From the NCBI RefSeq assembly GCF_964204865.1, contig NC_135254.1, positions 14,322,001 to 14,386,000 of the forward strand: a stretch of 64,000 bases of DNA, written 5' to 3'. A model generated the notes under the pieces. It did no database searches. It saw only the letters and a program-made list of their open reading frames with translations, and was not told the DNA's origin. The DNA comes from Styela clava. Lineage: Eukaryota. Positions 11,901 to 23,353 of the stretch are shown here, piece by piece (the first letter of the stretch is position 1; the number at the start of each line of letters is the position of its first letter). The translations under genes and the position numbers were made by a program.

Positions 11901-14678
11901 TTAATAAATCACCTGGTTTATAGCAAATTTGTAATGTGAAGCAATTTTATAATATCCAACCAGATTGCTTTTCACTCCCTGAGGCACAGGTTCAGGATCG
12001 TGTTTTACAAATGTTATCTGAATAGAGAAATAAATATTATAATCACACTATACTAATATTGCTTAATATTTAAAAACATGAAAATGCTTTCCTATTTATT
12101 AAAGCTCAAAAATCGGACCTCCTGAAGTATGCGCACCAAGATAGCGCACATCCTGAACTCAGGTTGTGTACAAGGTTAGGGTTCAGGTTGTGCGTCATCT
12201 TGGTGCGCATACTTCAGGAGTACCCAAAAATCATATCAACACATAAATGACCAAAGGTAAATTCGAAAAAATATTTCAAATATATTCTAAAATGGTTTAC
12301 ATTTAACAGGGAAACCGGAAGAAATCCTTCTGAATATATTCAGTCTCTGTTTATGTATATGTAATCAAGTCCAAGCATCTAGAACAAATAACTGTCTACC
12401 TAATCTCATATCTGACATAGACTGTGAACCGAGCAAGAGACTTGGTTGCCCTATGATTGAACAGTCTTATCGACTTTACTTTCTGCCAGGATAATTATGT
12501 AAATCCTATATGCACGTAAGAGGTCAGATAAACCGTTGTTTATGTACCGGTATGGATTCCCTATTGTTTACAGTGTCGAAAGTTGAAAGAAGTCCATTTT
12601 TGTATGACCACCTGATATCAAATTTTCCATTAATATTTTAGAAGAAAATATTCCAAAAATTAAGAGTTCACTATATCAAAGATAATGTACTTTAAATTGA
12701 TTTTAATGGGACAGCCCTGGTCTAACATTATTCATATTTATATCTGACTAGATTACTTCATAAATTTTTTTACCTTGTCTCCATACCCATTCAAGACATC
12801 TGCTGTTGCTTTATCACCACAATCTTGACTGACAATAATAGGAAAGTTATCGACTTGAGATCCCCGAACAGAAAATAGTTTGTCCAGGCAACGAGAGACT
12901 GAAGGACGATTGCATGCAGTAATCATAATTGGAATCATAAACTAGAAAATACATTTTATTAGATTATTTGAGATATGAATCAAAGTGATAGAACGTCCAA
13001 AATTACGAATTCCATGCAAGCATTATTGCCACTGAGACTCGATGGGACTAAATATATACAATATATTTCACAATATATTTTCACTTCCTCATGTTGAAGT
13101 AAGTTTTACAAATTTGAAAATTGCCTATTTCAAACAACATGAAATACATGAGAATATTTCATTTTGAAGATGTAGTTATACCTCATCATTATCATCTTTG
13201 ACGTTCTGAATTTTCTCCGCTACATTTTCTTGAATATCAGGGGGTTCCGTTTTCAGAGTGGAAGTTGTTTTGATTAGCGTGGGGTGAGGTGCTAAGATTT
13301 CTTGATCTGAAATAAGTTTTGAAATTTGAGTATCATAAATTTTTGTGGTTGTGATGACCAAGGGATTAACTAGGATGTAGGATTTACATATTTATCCATG
13401 AAAGGGAGAAAGCAGAAAGCTTAATTATATGGCGAGCCACGGCCTCTCATCTGGTTACCAGCTCATGTCAGGCAAGAGATCAGTTCGCCAGTTCTTTGTT
13501 TCAGATGCATGGACTTCATAGTGGAAAAAAGCGGAAAGGAGCCCAGCAACTATATCGCACATAATTTTCCCCCACAGGATTCAAAACTGTGAATCCCCTC
13601 AAGGTAATCAGAGGTGCAGTGGCAAGCATATTCCTAACGCTTAGCACTAGCCGATGATGGTTAAAATAGTGGGTTCAAATACCATGCCCATCACCTCACC
13701 AGAAAGATTCCAGCTTTCCAAATTATAGCAGCCTTTTACTTAGCATTAGTTACATAACACTAATGGTTTGTAACATAACATCACTTGGCAAGTGAAAATT
13801 CATAGGCCTACAAACTGTATGCCTACGTTTCATGTTACCTAGACTAATTTGTTTCGCTTCTAATGCATTCTGTGCCGATACTTCTGATCTCATCTTGTCA
13901 AGTAAGATGTTTTTGTGCTGCAAAATACCAACTTTCAATTTTTCCAATAATACTTGATTATCATGGACCAAATTGGTAAGCTGCCAAGAGAAAGAAGTCT
14001 GTGAATATAAACTCAATAAGATAAAATTCAACAGAAATGTTTTTCATTTGAATTCGAACACATCCAGAAGTGCTGCATGACTACAATGACATGAGTTGTA
14101 ATAAAATAGATAGGCAATGCTTAATGGGAAAATTCTGGTCCTTTAAAATAAACTAGGTCTTCACATATCATTGGGCAGTTGTGTAGAGTCTGGTTTAAAG
14201 CATAGGGCACCGCAACTCTTGAGGCCGGCCCTGAAGCTAGGTAGAAAGAAATTGAACAGAGATTGATTTTGTGGCAAAAACACCCAATAACACCTGGATC
14301 CCCGTTTTTATATAAAAATTTATTGGTCCGAGTTGGAACACAGGGGTTCAACTCGTTGGAATTTAGATGAAAATTGATTTATATCGTTTGCTGCTATAAA
14401 TATATATTTATTTCTCCTACGATAAAATCATAAGGCTTACAAGTAAGCAAGTGAAAACAAAATCCTGACCATGACAAAACATAATTTTGAATAGTAATAC
14501 AAAAAATATAAACCTTCATAATCTTTTCTTTTACTTTCAGCTTTTCTTTTACATCGGACAGCCCAGCCCGAGATAAATTTTGTACTCGTCCCACTCCAAC
14601 AAAGTAAAAGAGCAGCCAGAGTGATATGATTGCAAAACACACAAAAACCAGGTAACTTCGTATTGAAACAATCCTCAT
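8960..14678 (-). CDS. MGAT1: N-acetylglucosaminyltransferase I (GnT-I, GT13). About 9 coding exons: 14678-~14520, 13980-13839, 13369-13182, 12941-12774, 12017-11913, 11298-11059, 10445-10305, 9894-9782, 9230-8960
   Basis: Type II transmembrane anchor. Motifs [70 protein letters not shown] and C-terminal [10 protein letters not shown]. Splice phases are consistent; the exon 1 donor is ambiguous. Confidence 0.95.
12116..12225. mobile_element. About 110-bp hairpin MITE
   Basis: Inverted arms CTCCTGAAGTATGCGCACCAAGAT / ATCTTGGTGCGCATACTTCAGGAG. Second copy at 50078-50188. Confidence 0.85.
13370..13650 (-). mobile_element. SINE copy abutting a MGAT1 exon
   Basis: Homologous to 4932-5276. The tail ...AAATCCTACATCCTAG ends at the exon boundary. 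Confidence 0.85.
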
Positions 14679-15365
14679 GATTTTATTTTAGTATGGTAAT
14701 TTTCTAGATCTAAAAAAAAATTTCGCAGTTGATGGTGCTGATATGACCAACCATACAGCTCAAAATATTTACCAGTGAAAGAACTCCATTGACATTTCTA
14801 TTGCATAATGGTATAATACACAACAGTTTAGATATAGAGCATACCAATAATGCCACATCACAAGAGAAAATGATGATTTCAAATATTATCAATCACAAAT
14901 AGGATTTTTTGAACAGCACCACGGATGAAAATTCAAATTGTTAAGGATAAATCAAATACAGTTTCATTTATGCAATGTCAAAAATAGTATTCTATTCCGT
15001 TAATCTATATGATGTTTTTCAAGTTCTCTTAATACTCAAAGCAGATTGAAATTCGTAACAAATATCACAAATTTTAATACCTTCCAATTGAAAGTTTTAC
15101 GGAAATAGAGAGCGTTTTGGCCAAAATACAATATCGAAAAATTTTATATCTCAAAACAATGGATAAGACTTTGTAAGTTGTGACCAGTCCAATAATAAAA
15201 ATGTAAGCATAAGACAAATGGTCAATGCTACTATAGGCCTATAAAACGATTTTTTTAACAACACAAATTAAAGTTTCGAGTCTATTATCTATTCCGTTTA
15301 ATAGATTTATCCAAGATTTCAAGTTGTCCAGGTCAACTGCATGATGACAACGATTCTTGCACAGA

Positions 15366-17525
15366 TTATGTTCCAAATTTTTTTTGATACAGAGTAGGTG
15401 GTAAATTATCAAAAATATCATGCCATGGTCTTTCAAGAACAAAAATAGATGAACCACCATCAATGAACGAAGCATGCAACAACTGTTCAAACTTGTCACA
15501 GCATTTGACTGGATTTTCCAACATTTTTCTCCTATTTCTGAGTTCAGCTGCATATTCTTTGCTTTGCTCAACGGCATTTTCTGATCTTTCCTTTTCATGA
15601 GAAATGATCTTTTTCAAAATACCAGACGAAGTATTCAGGAAGTATAAAGCCTTTTGAGAAGACAAAAGGATAATATCAGGAGCATCCGCGTTGAACGAAA
15701 TATTTATTATCGGAGATGTATTCCATTTTCCAAGCTTTTTCGGCCTTTTGGTATATTTGCACGGAAACTCAATTAAATTGAGTGAAACAGAATTTGCTTC
15801 TCTGGACCATTTTGTGTATGATTTCATGTCAGCATCATATTCTATTACAGCATGATTCTGGTATGCAACTATAAGTTTGGTAGAGGATGGTTTAAAAGAA
15901 ATGGCAGTAGGTGAGCTATCTTGACTGGGCAACGTGCATCGAATCTCTGGTTTTTCTAAGTCATAGATTTTGATATTATCATTCAAATCTACAGCTGCAA
16001 AGAGTTCATTGGTGGCACTAAATAACACAGCGGGTACATTAAGGATACTATCGGTTTCATTTTTGAATACGTGAGCTACGTGAACGTGGCCATCAGGTTC
16101 TAGTTTTATGACAAATATTTTACCGTTCGATGCTGAAGTTATCAAATATTCAGAGGCTGGAGTGAATGCAATCGCTAATGCAGATTTAATCCACATAATA
16201 GGAATTTTATTTAGAGATATTTCAGAAGGTGTTTCTTTTCCCCATTGTAGCCTGAAAAGCCTAAATGATGATTGAGATGAATATGCAACCCAATGGCCGC
16301 ATTTTGAGATGGCAGAACATGTGATATCATCAAATTGACTTGCAGGCATTTTTATTTGAAGAACAATGGCTGGATCCTGTTCTAAATCAATTTTTTCTCC
16401 AGCTTCACCATTCACCCGACGTGGAGTTGCAATTCTCCATATATCCAAATGTTTTGGATACTGGAACAAAACCAATCTTGGGTTTTCAGCTATATGAACA
16501 ACGCTTTTATGGGGAAAATCAACCATTCTTTTAATTTTAGTAAAGTCCCCTTTTTTGATATTGCAAAGCAAAATATTAGTATCCACACCTCCCGATACTA
16601 AATAATTTCCTACGATTGCGAGTGCACGGACATCATGAGTATGTTTTTGCAAGGTTGCACCTAGAACCCAAGAGTCTACAGTTGTTGCTGAAGACGGATC
16701 ATCTTCGCCCACCATTGCAGATGAACAATTAATAGCTAAAACTCGTGAATCAACACCAGATGCATAAACAACTTTTTCATCATGAGAAACACAGAGGGAC
16801 AAAACATCAGCACGATGATTTTGAAATGACTTCAGTAATGTAGTATTTTTGCAATTCCAAAAATTTACTTTACCAGTTGAATCGCCGCTCACAATCGTAT
16901 TGTTACTTAAAATCTTGACAGCCCATACGATCGTGTTTTTACTTCTAGAACTTTCCAAGTTTATTCTCTGCATAGCATGACCGCTTTTGTAACTCCAGAT
17001 TCTTATAACACCCACAGATCCAGAGACTAAGACATCATTGTCTGGATGAAAAGCACAGGAGAGAATCCTCCCCTCTTGCTTATCAAATGATTTTTCAAAT
17101 GACAAACTGTTTTTCTCACAATTGTAGATTTTTAAACTTCCATCTTCACAGCCAGCTGCAATGACTCCTTTTTTATTTCCTACAGCAAGGCACCAAACAG
17201 CTCCACCATAACTATCTTCTGTTCGCTTGATAGTTCCTTTTACTAAATCATATTCACTGATTATTCCTTGTAGTTCTGCAGAAAATAGTCTACCATTATA
17301 CCATGCAATATCTTCTAAATGACGAGTAGAAGATGCTGGAATAACCATATACTTATAAAAACCAGTCTTCGTACATCTGATGAGGTCGATAGCTCCATTT
17401 TCTCTCCCAACTGCTAACAATTTTTGTGAAGCAGTACCTTCAGACGATTCATAACTAGCGATGCATTGTATAGTGCATGGAGTGTACTCGAACAACTGGC
17501 ATCGATGAACAGCAAATTCACCCAT
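15366..17525 (-). CDS. UTP4: U3 snoRNA-associated protein 4 (cirhin), WD40 repeats, intronless, 719 aa
   Basis: N-terminus MGEFAVHRC (compare MGEFKVHRV), WD repeats, HTHDVRAL and C-terminal VLERPW...LPP...KKFGT. Confidence 0.95.
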   Translation of the reverse strand: MGEFAVHRCQLFEYTPCTIQCIASYESSEGTASQKLLAVGRENGAIDLIRCTKTGFYKYMVIPASSTRHLEDIAWYNGRLFSAELQGIISEYDLVKGTIKRTEDSYGGAVWCLAVGNKKGVIAAGCEDGSLKIYNCEKNSLSFEKSFDKQEGRILSCAFHPDNDVLVSGSVGVIRIWSYKSGHAMQRINLESSRSKNTIVWAVKILSNNTIVSGDSTGKVNFWNCKNTTLLKSFQNHRADVLSLCVSHDEKVVYASGVDSRVLAINCSSAMVGEDDPSSATTVDSWVLGATLQKHTHDVRALAIVGNYLVSGGVDTNILLCNIKKGDFTKIKRMVDFPHKSVVHIAENPRLVLFQYPKHLDIWRIATPRRVNGEAGEKIDLEQDPAIVLQIKMPASQFDDITCSAISKCGHWVAYSSQSSFRLFRLQWGKETPSEISLNKIPIMWIKSALAIAFTPASEYLITSASNGKIFVIKLEPDGHVHVAHVFKNETDSILNVPAVLFSATNELFAAVDLNDNIKIYDLEKPEIRCTLPSQDSSPTAISFKPSSTKLIVAYQNHAVIEYDADMKSYTKWSREANSVSLNLIEFPCKYTKRPKKLGKWNTSPIINISFNADAPDIILLSSQKALYFLNTSSGILKKIISHEKERSENAVEQSKEYAAELRNRRKMLENPVKCCDKFEQLLHASFIDGGSSIFVLERPWHDIFDNLPPTLYQKKFGT

Positions 17526-17668
17526 TTATATAGACTTAATTCTAACTGAAACATAAGGAATGGGATAAGAATTATAAATTATAAACAAAAATACCTACGG
17601 TAATAATAAACTAAGCATATAATTTATGCGTTCATGTATATCCAATCCATCTATATTTCAGTGGGGCA

Positions 17669-18983
17669 CAATTCTCTGATTCTAAGATGTCGCAAAATTT
17701 GGTTACCTATTTGTGTCTGAAACGAGAGCGTCTGGCACAACGGCAGATGCGTCAGATCGCACTAAGCTTGTCTCAGTAATAATTTAAATCAATACCAATA
17801 TGAGTCTGCCGTCAAGTGACCAAAACGCTACAGTAAAATTTTTTTCCTCCTGTAAATTAGATTATGGAATCCTATGGTGACGTTTTTAGACTGCGCTTTT
17901 TTTTAGTTTATTGCGCAGTGCCAGATTGCAGTTTTGCAAGTGCAGTTTCAAGTATTTTGAGGCGTCTAGAGCTGCCGCAAAACCATGGCGGGATTTCCAA
18001 ACCATGGCCGCTATGACCAAACCTACGGCCCTGACTTTTTAGCTGCCACAAACCAATAGCGGGCTGCCGTTGTTACGGCAGCAAATCGAATACCACCAAT
18101 TTTGCTGCCGTTACCACGGCATGTCGGCTGTAAAAGCAGGGCTGCCCCTTATGGAGATAAATATTGGGTAAGTTGGAACGCTTTTCTTATGAATACAGTT
18201 TTGATGTATTTGGGGTTAGGTTTAAGTAAATATAATTCTGCATGATAAACTAAAATATTGTACATGACTTTGTAAATATACCGGTAATCGTGCGATAAAA
18301 CCATGGCAAGAGACGCCGCGGTACGTTCGTGGCAGGAGCTGTCATGAAGTGCTGAAGTGGTAAGAACTGCGCCTCCCAGCCTCCCGTTTTGAGTCCATAT
18401 GAAGGCCGACTCCAGGGGTCGGCAACCTTTTGTCGCCCGCGGGCCAAAATTAAGGGTTGCAGCTGCAAGTCATTGGCGCACCGGACATATTTCTATAAAG
18501 TTGAAAACCGAACGAATGATACTTTTTATAGTAAAAATCAAGCAGTGATACATCTCTCGAATAGAATATAGATTTTATTTCCTCTTTGCATTGCATCTCA
18601 AAAAGTTCCATTTGAATATTTTCAGCGCCATGGAACCCTTTGCGCTTAGCATCAACATTTCTGCGTTTTGTTGCCATTTGTCTAATTACAATTAAATTAT
18701 AGTTAAACGAGTAATTGTGAATTTTATACTCGTTAGATTATAATATAATTTAGTCTACACGTGTCTCACAATGAATTCTGTTACTCAAAGAATAATCGTC
18801 AAAACAGCTGTTTTGTTACTATAATTCAGTGACCAGTCGCGGATTATACTACTCCGTAGGTTGCCGACCCCTGGCCTACACCAGTACACTGTCTCGTAAA
18901 GGAGGGAGGGGTTTGCACTCACTGTTATTATTGATGTCTTTTAATGTGGGGGCGTGGGGGCTATTCTTGGAATCAGAGAACTG
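17669..18983. mobile_element. Tc1/mariner-type non-autonomous element in the UTP4 upstream region (probable 5'UTR intron), hosting a nested hAT
   Basis: TIRs CAATTCTCTGATTCTAAGA / TCTTGGAATCAGAGAACTG, the right one followed by TA. Related copy at 4170-4530. Confidence 0.7.
18413..18873 (-). mobile_element. Internally deleted hAT (SPIN/Charlie/GTF2IRD2-like) transposon
   Basis: 16-bp TIR CAGGGGTCGGCAACCT and degenerate 8-bp TSD GCCGACTC/GCCTACAC. The residual ORF joins MATKRRNVDAKRKGF to ENIQMELFEMQC...LLDFY. Confidence 0.85.
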
Positions 18984-19349
18984 TATTTGATAGTGTTGAA
19001 ATTATCACAACAGCATACAGTCAATCAATTATTAATTAAGTAGTATAATATGTAATTTAAAAAAAAACGTATTAATAGATTAATATTATGTGTATAATTC
19101 TTCATAATTTTTCTGTCTGGCATTATTTAGTTCCCTTCCAGCTGAATACTGGAATATTTCTTTCAATAAAATCAAAAACTAATCAAAATATTCACGATTC
19201 ATATATAACTTGCGTGACTGACAAATTTAGATTCTATTTCACACACGGCAATACGCATAGTTCATTTCCAGCAATACTACTTACGGTTTCATTTTACTGT
19301 TGAAAATCCCTCTCAATTTTCACTGGAAACATACTGACATACGACAATA

Positions 19350-19600
19350 CAATCTCTTACCATGCTGATTTGCCAAACAGTCGTTGAGTTACACAGTGAC
19401 ATGCAAGCTCATCGATGGAAATAAGACTGGCAAAATTAGGAATACGCTAAATATGAAAATCTTTTCCTTACTCGCCGCGCTGACTTGCTTCATCGCGGGT
19501 CCGCTGTGTAGCACAGCTCATTAGGAACAGCGGGTTGCGTTTACAAACAGCAAGGACGCATGGAATGGCGCATTATCAACGAGGTCGCATTAGGCTGACA
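19350..19600 (-). promoter_or_regulatory. Putative UTP4 promoter and non-coding first exon
   Basis: CpG-rich block with minus-strand donors GTAAG near 19360 and 19471. Acceptor TTTCAG at about 17546, just before the UTP4 ATG. Confidence 0.45.
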
Positions 19601-22319
19601 CACTATTAAGTTCATCCATAACAACAATTCATTCATCCATATTACTATTATTGGTAATGGATAGGATTTACACATTTATCCCGGGGAAGAGGAAAGCCGA
19701 TAATTTATAAAAAATCGTTCCATATAGAATTATTAGATTGAATAGGCTTACGGCTATTGTATAAGATCGGTTTCATTCCATCTTCTGATAAGGAGCTTCA
19801 CGACTTACCCGTAGCCTTTGCCCGTAGCAAAGCTCTAAACAAGTTTTGTCGCTTGATTGTGACATCGCCCAAACTTGATGAGACGTAGAATTACACTGCT
19901 GATATATTTTGCCGAGTACTTTTTTGATTTAAGGAACAGCGCATTGGGAACAATTCTGACAATTCATTCCCCCATTTTAATACACTGTTTTCGTGGTATA
20001 TATATATGACTTGATTTTTATTTGAGTAATCTGTACCAGGCTCTGAACGAGCAGTCGCTGGTATGCAGACAACTATTGTGCCTCCTGTGAAGAAAAAAAA
20101 TCTTTCATTTAGCTTAGGACTTATAAAATTGAATACAGCTGTCGGACAAGAATATTATCATCTTCTAATCGCGTGTTCAATAACTTCTCTTCGAACAAGG
20201 CTCTATCACAAACAAGGAGGTACTATGTTATAAGAAGAATCCAATTTTTTCAATTTATATATTTCATCGGTGTCAGCCTTGGTGACCTTACCGGTCTTGT
20301 ATACTGGCCCTCACAAATAATGATAACCAATTATTACTGAATTATTATTTTTTTGTTTCTGTTGCTTCAAATGTTTCAAGTGTTGACATTATTTGGGAAA
20401 TAAAATCTCTATCCATATGAACATATTTGTCATGTGAGAAGAATAGTATCACACTTTTTATGAAATTCTTTTGAAGAACAAGAAGTTTTTTCTTTTTTGT
20501 GGTTTTATTTATTTGATGAACAAAAGGACCGCGCCATTGAGCAAGAATATTACCCCATCTTCCTTTTAATTTATTGTAATTAATTGATTGTAACGGTGTG
20601 ATAACTATGACAATGACTAAAATAGTGGATACGGCAACATTAACTGAGGACAATATAGTGTGTCATAATATCTTGAAAATCTAGTCCGAGCAACATAGGC
20701 AAAGACATACTTACATTTTTGTGAAATGACAGTATTCATATATATATATGATGATCATATCCGTATATACTATTGTTTAATTTAATTATCGCCATAACCA
20801 GTGGCGTAACAAGACTCTCGTTCCCCAATATGCCATTACGTGAATATTTAAAAACGTTGCGCATGGGAATTGTCATATCTTGTTACATTACAAATTCTTA
20901 TTTAATCTTAATTCTTATTTAAGTAAAATGTATAGTAATAGCATTTGTAGCATCCGCTGACAGTTGAATATCAATTCCATATATTCTTCTTCATGCTACC
21001 TCATGTCCGTTTCGTGACTCCTTGTTGGTATTTCTTCAGTGCTGGTTCATTGCTATCAAAACAAACGAATACGGATTACAGAGTTCGAGGATACAAAACT
21101 TCATATAGGATGTAAAACATACAAAGTTAACAAATATGGAAATCCGATCCTAAGATAACTATTCTGAGTTATTCGAAAGTCTTGTTACACACTGAAACAA
21201 ATAACTCAATTTTTTTTTGTTAATTCGAAAATCTCTGCGGCAAGTCTGATGATCTTTCACGGCACACTAGTGTATAGAACCGTAAATATATACTACTAGA
21301 TAGAACCACTGATTATCACGATAACCCGCTTTTGTTTTTAGATGTTAGATGCGCAGCACTTGGAGATATTAGCTAGCTAGCGTCTTGCTGATGTCTGATA
21401 TCGACCTTGGCGTGCAGCCATGTGGGGGCACTATAGATCAGAGCGCGGCGAATTTCATCTTGTGGAGAAGCATGATGTAGCTTAGCGTTGCAGTGTGCGT
21501 AGTAGTAGGATGTTGGTATGGTCCTTGTTTTGTATGTGACGCTATTTTAATTTGCATCCACTTTATTTTAAATACGGTACATAGTTTTTTGTTTTCTCTA
21601 TTTAAATCCCATTTCCCGCAATATATATATCAATAGTAGAGTAAAAATCCAAATAAATATGAAATTCATACCATTACCATGATGTCAGTAATTTACGGTA
21701 ATATAAACCATATATGTCCAAAAATGAGTTAATCCACGTATTTAAAATAAAATTATTCGATTCCAAAATAATGATACGAAAATTCCGTTTGGCATTAGAA
21801 CTTATTTGGCAAAAAAAAAATAATAATTTGCATCTACAAAAACCGCATGCTGCAGACAAGGTACAGATATACATGGTAAATTTATGTAATATAAGTTACC
21901 CGTCATATACATGCACCAGGCCAGGGGTATTTTATGTAATTAGGCCTATTGCCCAAATTACCATACGTTACGTTGATTTGGCTGTTTGTGTCGACACACC
22001 ATCAACTTCATTGTCAATTTTTGTATTTGTAACTCACGTTTTTTACATGAAACGCCTCAGGAGGCTTTTACTGCTGCTCATTGAGTTTCTTTTTACTATT
22101 TATAAATATATAATTTGTGTTACTTTTGGTGAACGAGCATGTGCATTGCGTATTATAAACTTTGTTCTCTAGTTTTCCGAGCATATTTGTTTTGTTTGTT
22201 ACAGCCATTGCCCCACTATACAGCTATACGGCTTATCCGCCTAACCCCTATTTTTATTTTCTTACTCAGATTTATGTATTGGTGCAACTGTAGTGCAGTG
22301 CATTAGAGTAAACGAAACA

Positions 22320-22607
22320 ATGGCTGGGGTTCAGGGCATGTCTCAACTGGTTGGACCAGATCAAATGAAACAACTTAAGGAATTTTTAAACACATACAAC
22401 AAAATAACTGAACAATGTTTTGCGGACTGTGTCAATGATTTTGGCAGTAGGAATGTTTTGTCAAAAGAAAGCACATGTATTTCAAACTGTTTGCAGAAGT
22501 ATTTGAAAACAACTTCACGTATTGGACAAAGATTTGAGGAACATTTTATAGAGCAAAATGAAGCACTCGCTGCACAAGCAGGGTTTCTAAAGAAGCCTGG
22601 CACATGA
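22320..22607 (+). CDS. TIMM9: Mitochondrial import chaperone Tim9, intronless, 95 aa
   Basis: Twin CX3C motif (CFADC...CISNC), [17 protein letters not shown] and RIGQRFEEH. Confidence 0.95.
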   Translation: MAGVQGMSQLVGPDQMKQLKEFLNTYNKITEQCFADCVNDFGSRNVLSKESTCISNCLQKYLKTTSRIGQRFEEHFIEQNEALAAQAGFLKKPGT

Positions 22608-23353
22608 TTATAGCATATATATTGCTGTTTAAATTTCAAATGTGTTAATACATTAATATGAGGTTTTAAATATAGGAAAATGACTAGCGATCGGAATAGG
22701 AAATTGTATGTGATTGGATTGAATAAAAATATAATTTTTATGAAATAATTTAAAACATTTTGGGACTAAAGTTTTCTGTTTTATATTGGTATATTTTGAG
22801 AGTATATTTCTTGAATTATACATTCATCATCAACACTATTGTTGACACTATTGTGTTCCTCTATTGATATCATGGTTGATTAGTTAAATTGTATTTCAAA
22901 CAAATCTTTCAAAGTGTCAATGCTATCTGGAGAGAAACTTTTGTGACTTCACTGTGCTCTTCTCAATTGATCAGCTAAGCTGAGTAGCAGTCGTGCTAAC
23001 AAATGTGGGAATTGCAAATTAAGTATCTATTGTTCTAATTGCTACAATCCATATGAAGTTCCACATCCATGAAATGTATTATGACATTTGTGTTAGATTA
23101 GAATGCATAAGGGAGAAAATTTATATACAAAATGTTGCATTCTTGTTGACGTTGATTTTGTGTGTGTCATATTTTGGAGTAACATGTTATATAAATAGGA
23201 TTTAAACATAGTTACCTACAAAACATTAATTACTTATTTTAGGATTTTGACTTTCTTTCAACCCATTATACTGTGTTAGAAATTATCCAGCTGATTCACA
23301 ATGCCTTCATCGTTCTGATTGGTTTTCAATTTTTTCAGAATGTTTTATTTGTC

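Noticed and set aside
12170-12190. GGTTAGGGTT telomere-like motif
   Set aside because: Less than two units, inside the MITE loop. Not an interstitial telomere or telomerase template.
20345-20653. 102-aa ORF with hydrophobic start and LAQWRGPF, reminiscent of a Gypsy integrase GPY/F motif or a secreted peptide
   Set aside because: No ATG start, no convincing splice partner and no other retroelement motifs nearby
21714-22172. 152-aa plus-strand ORF upstream of TIMM9
   Set aside because: Low-complexity AT-driven composition. It overlaps the likely TIMM9 5'UTR exon and intron (donor about 21861, acceptor about 22269).
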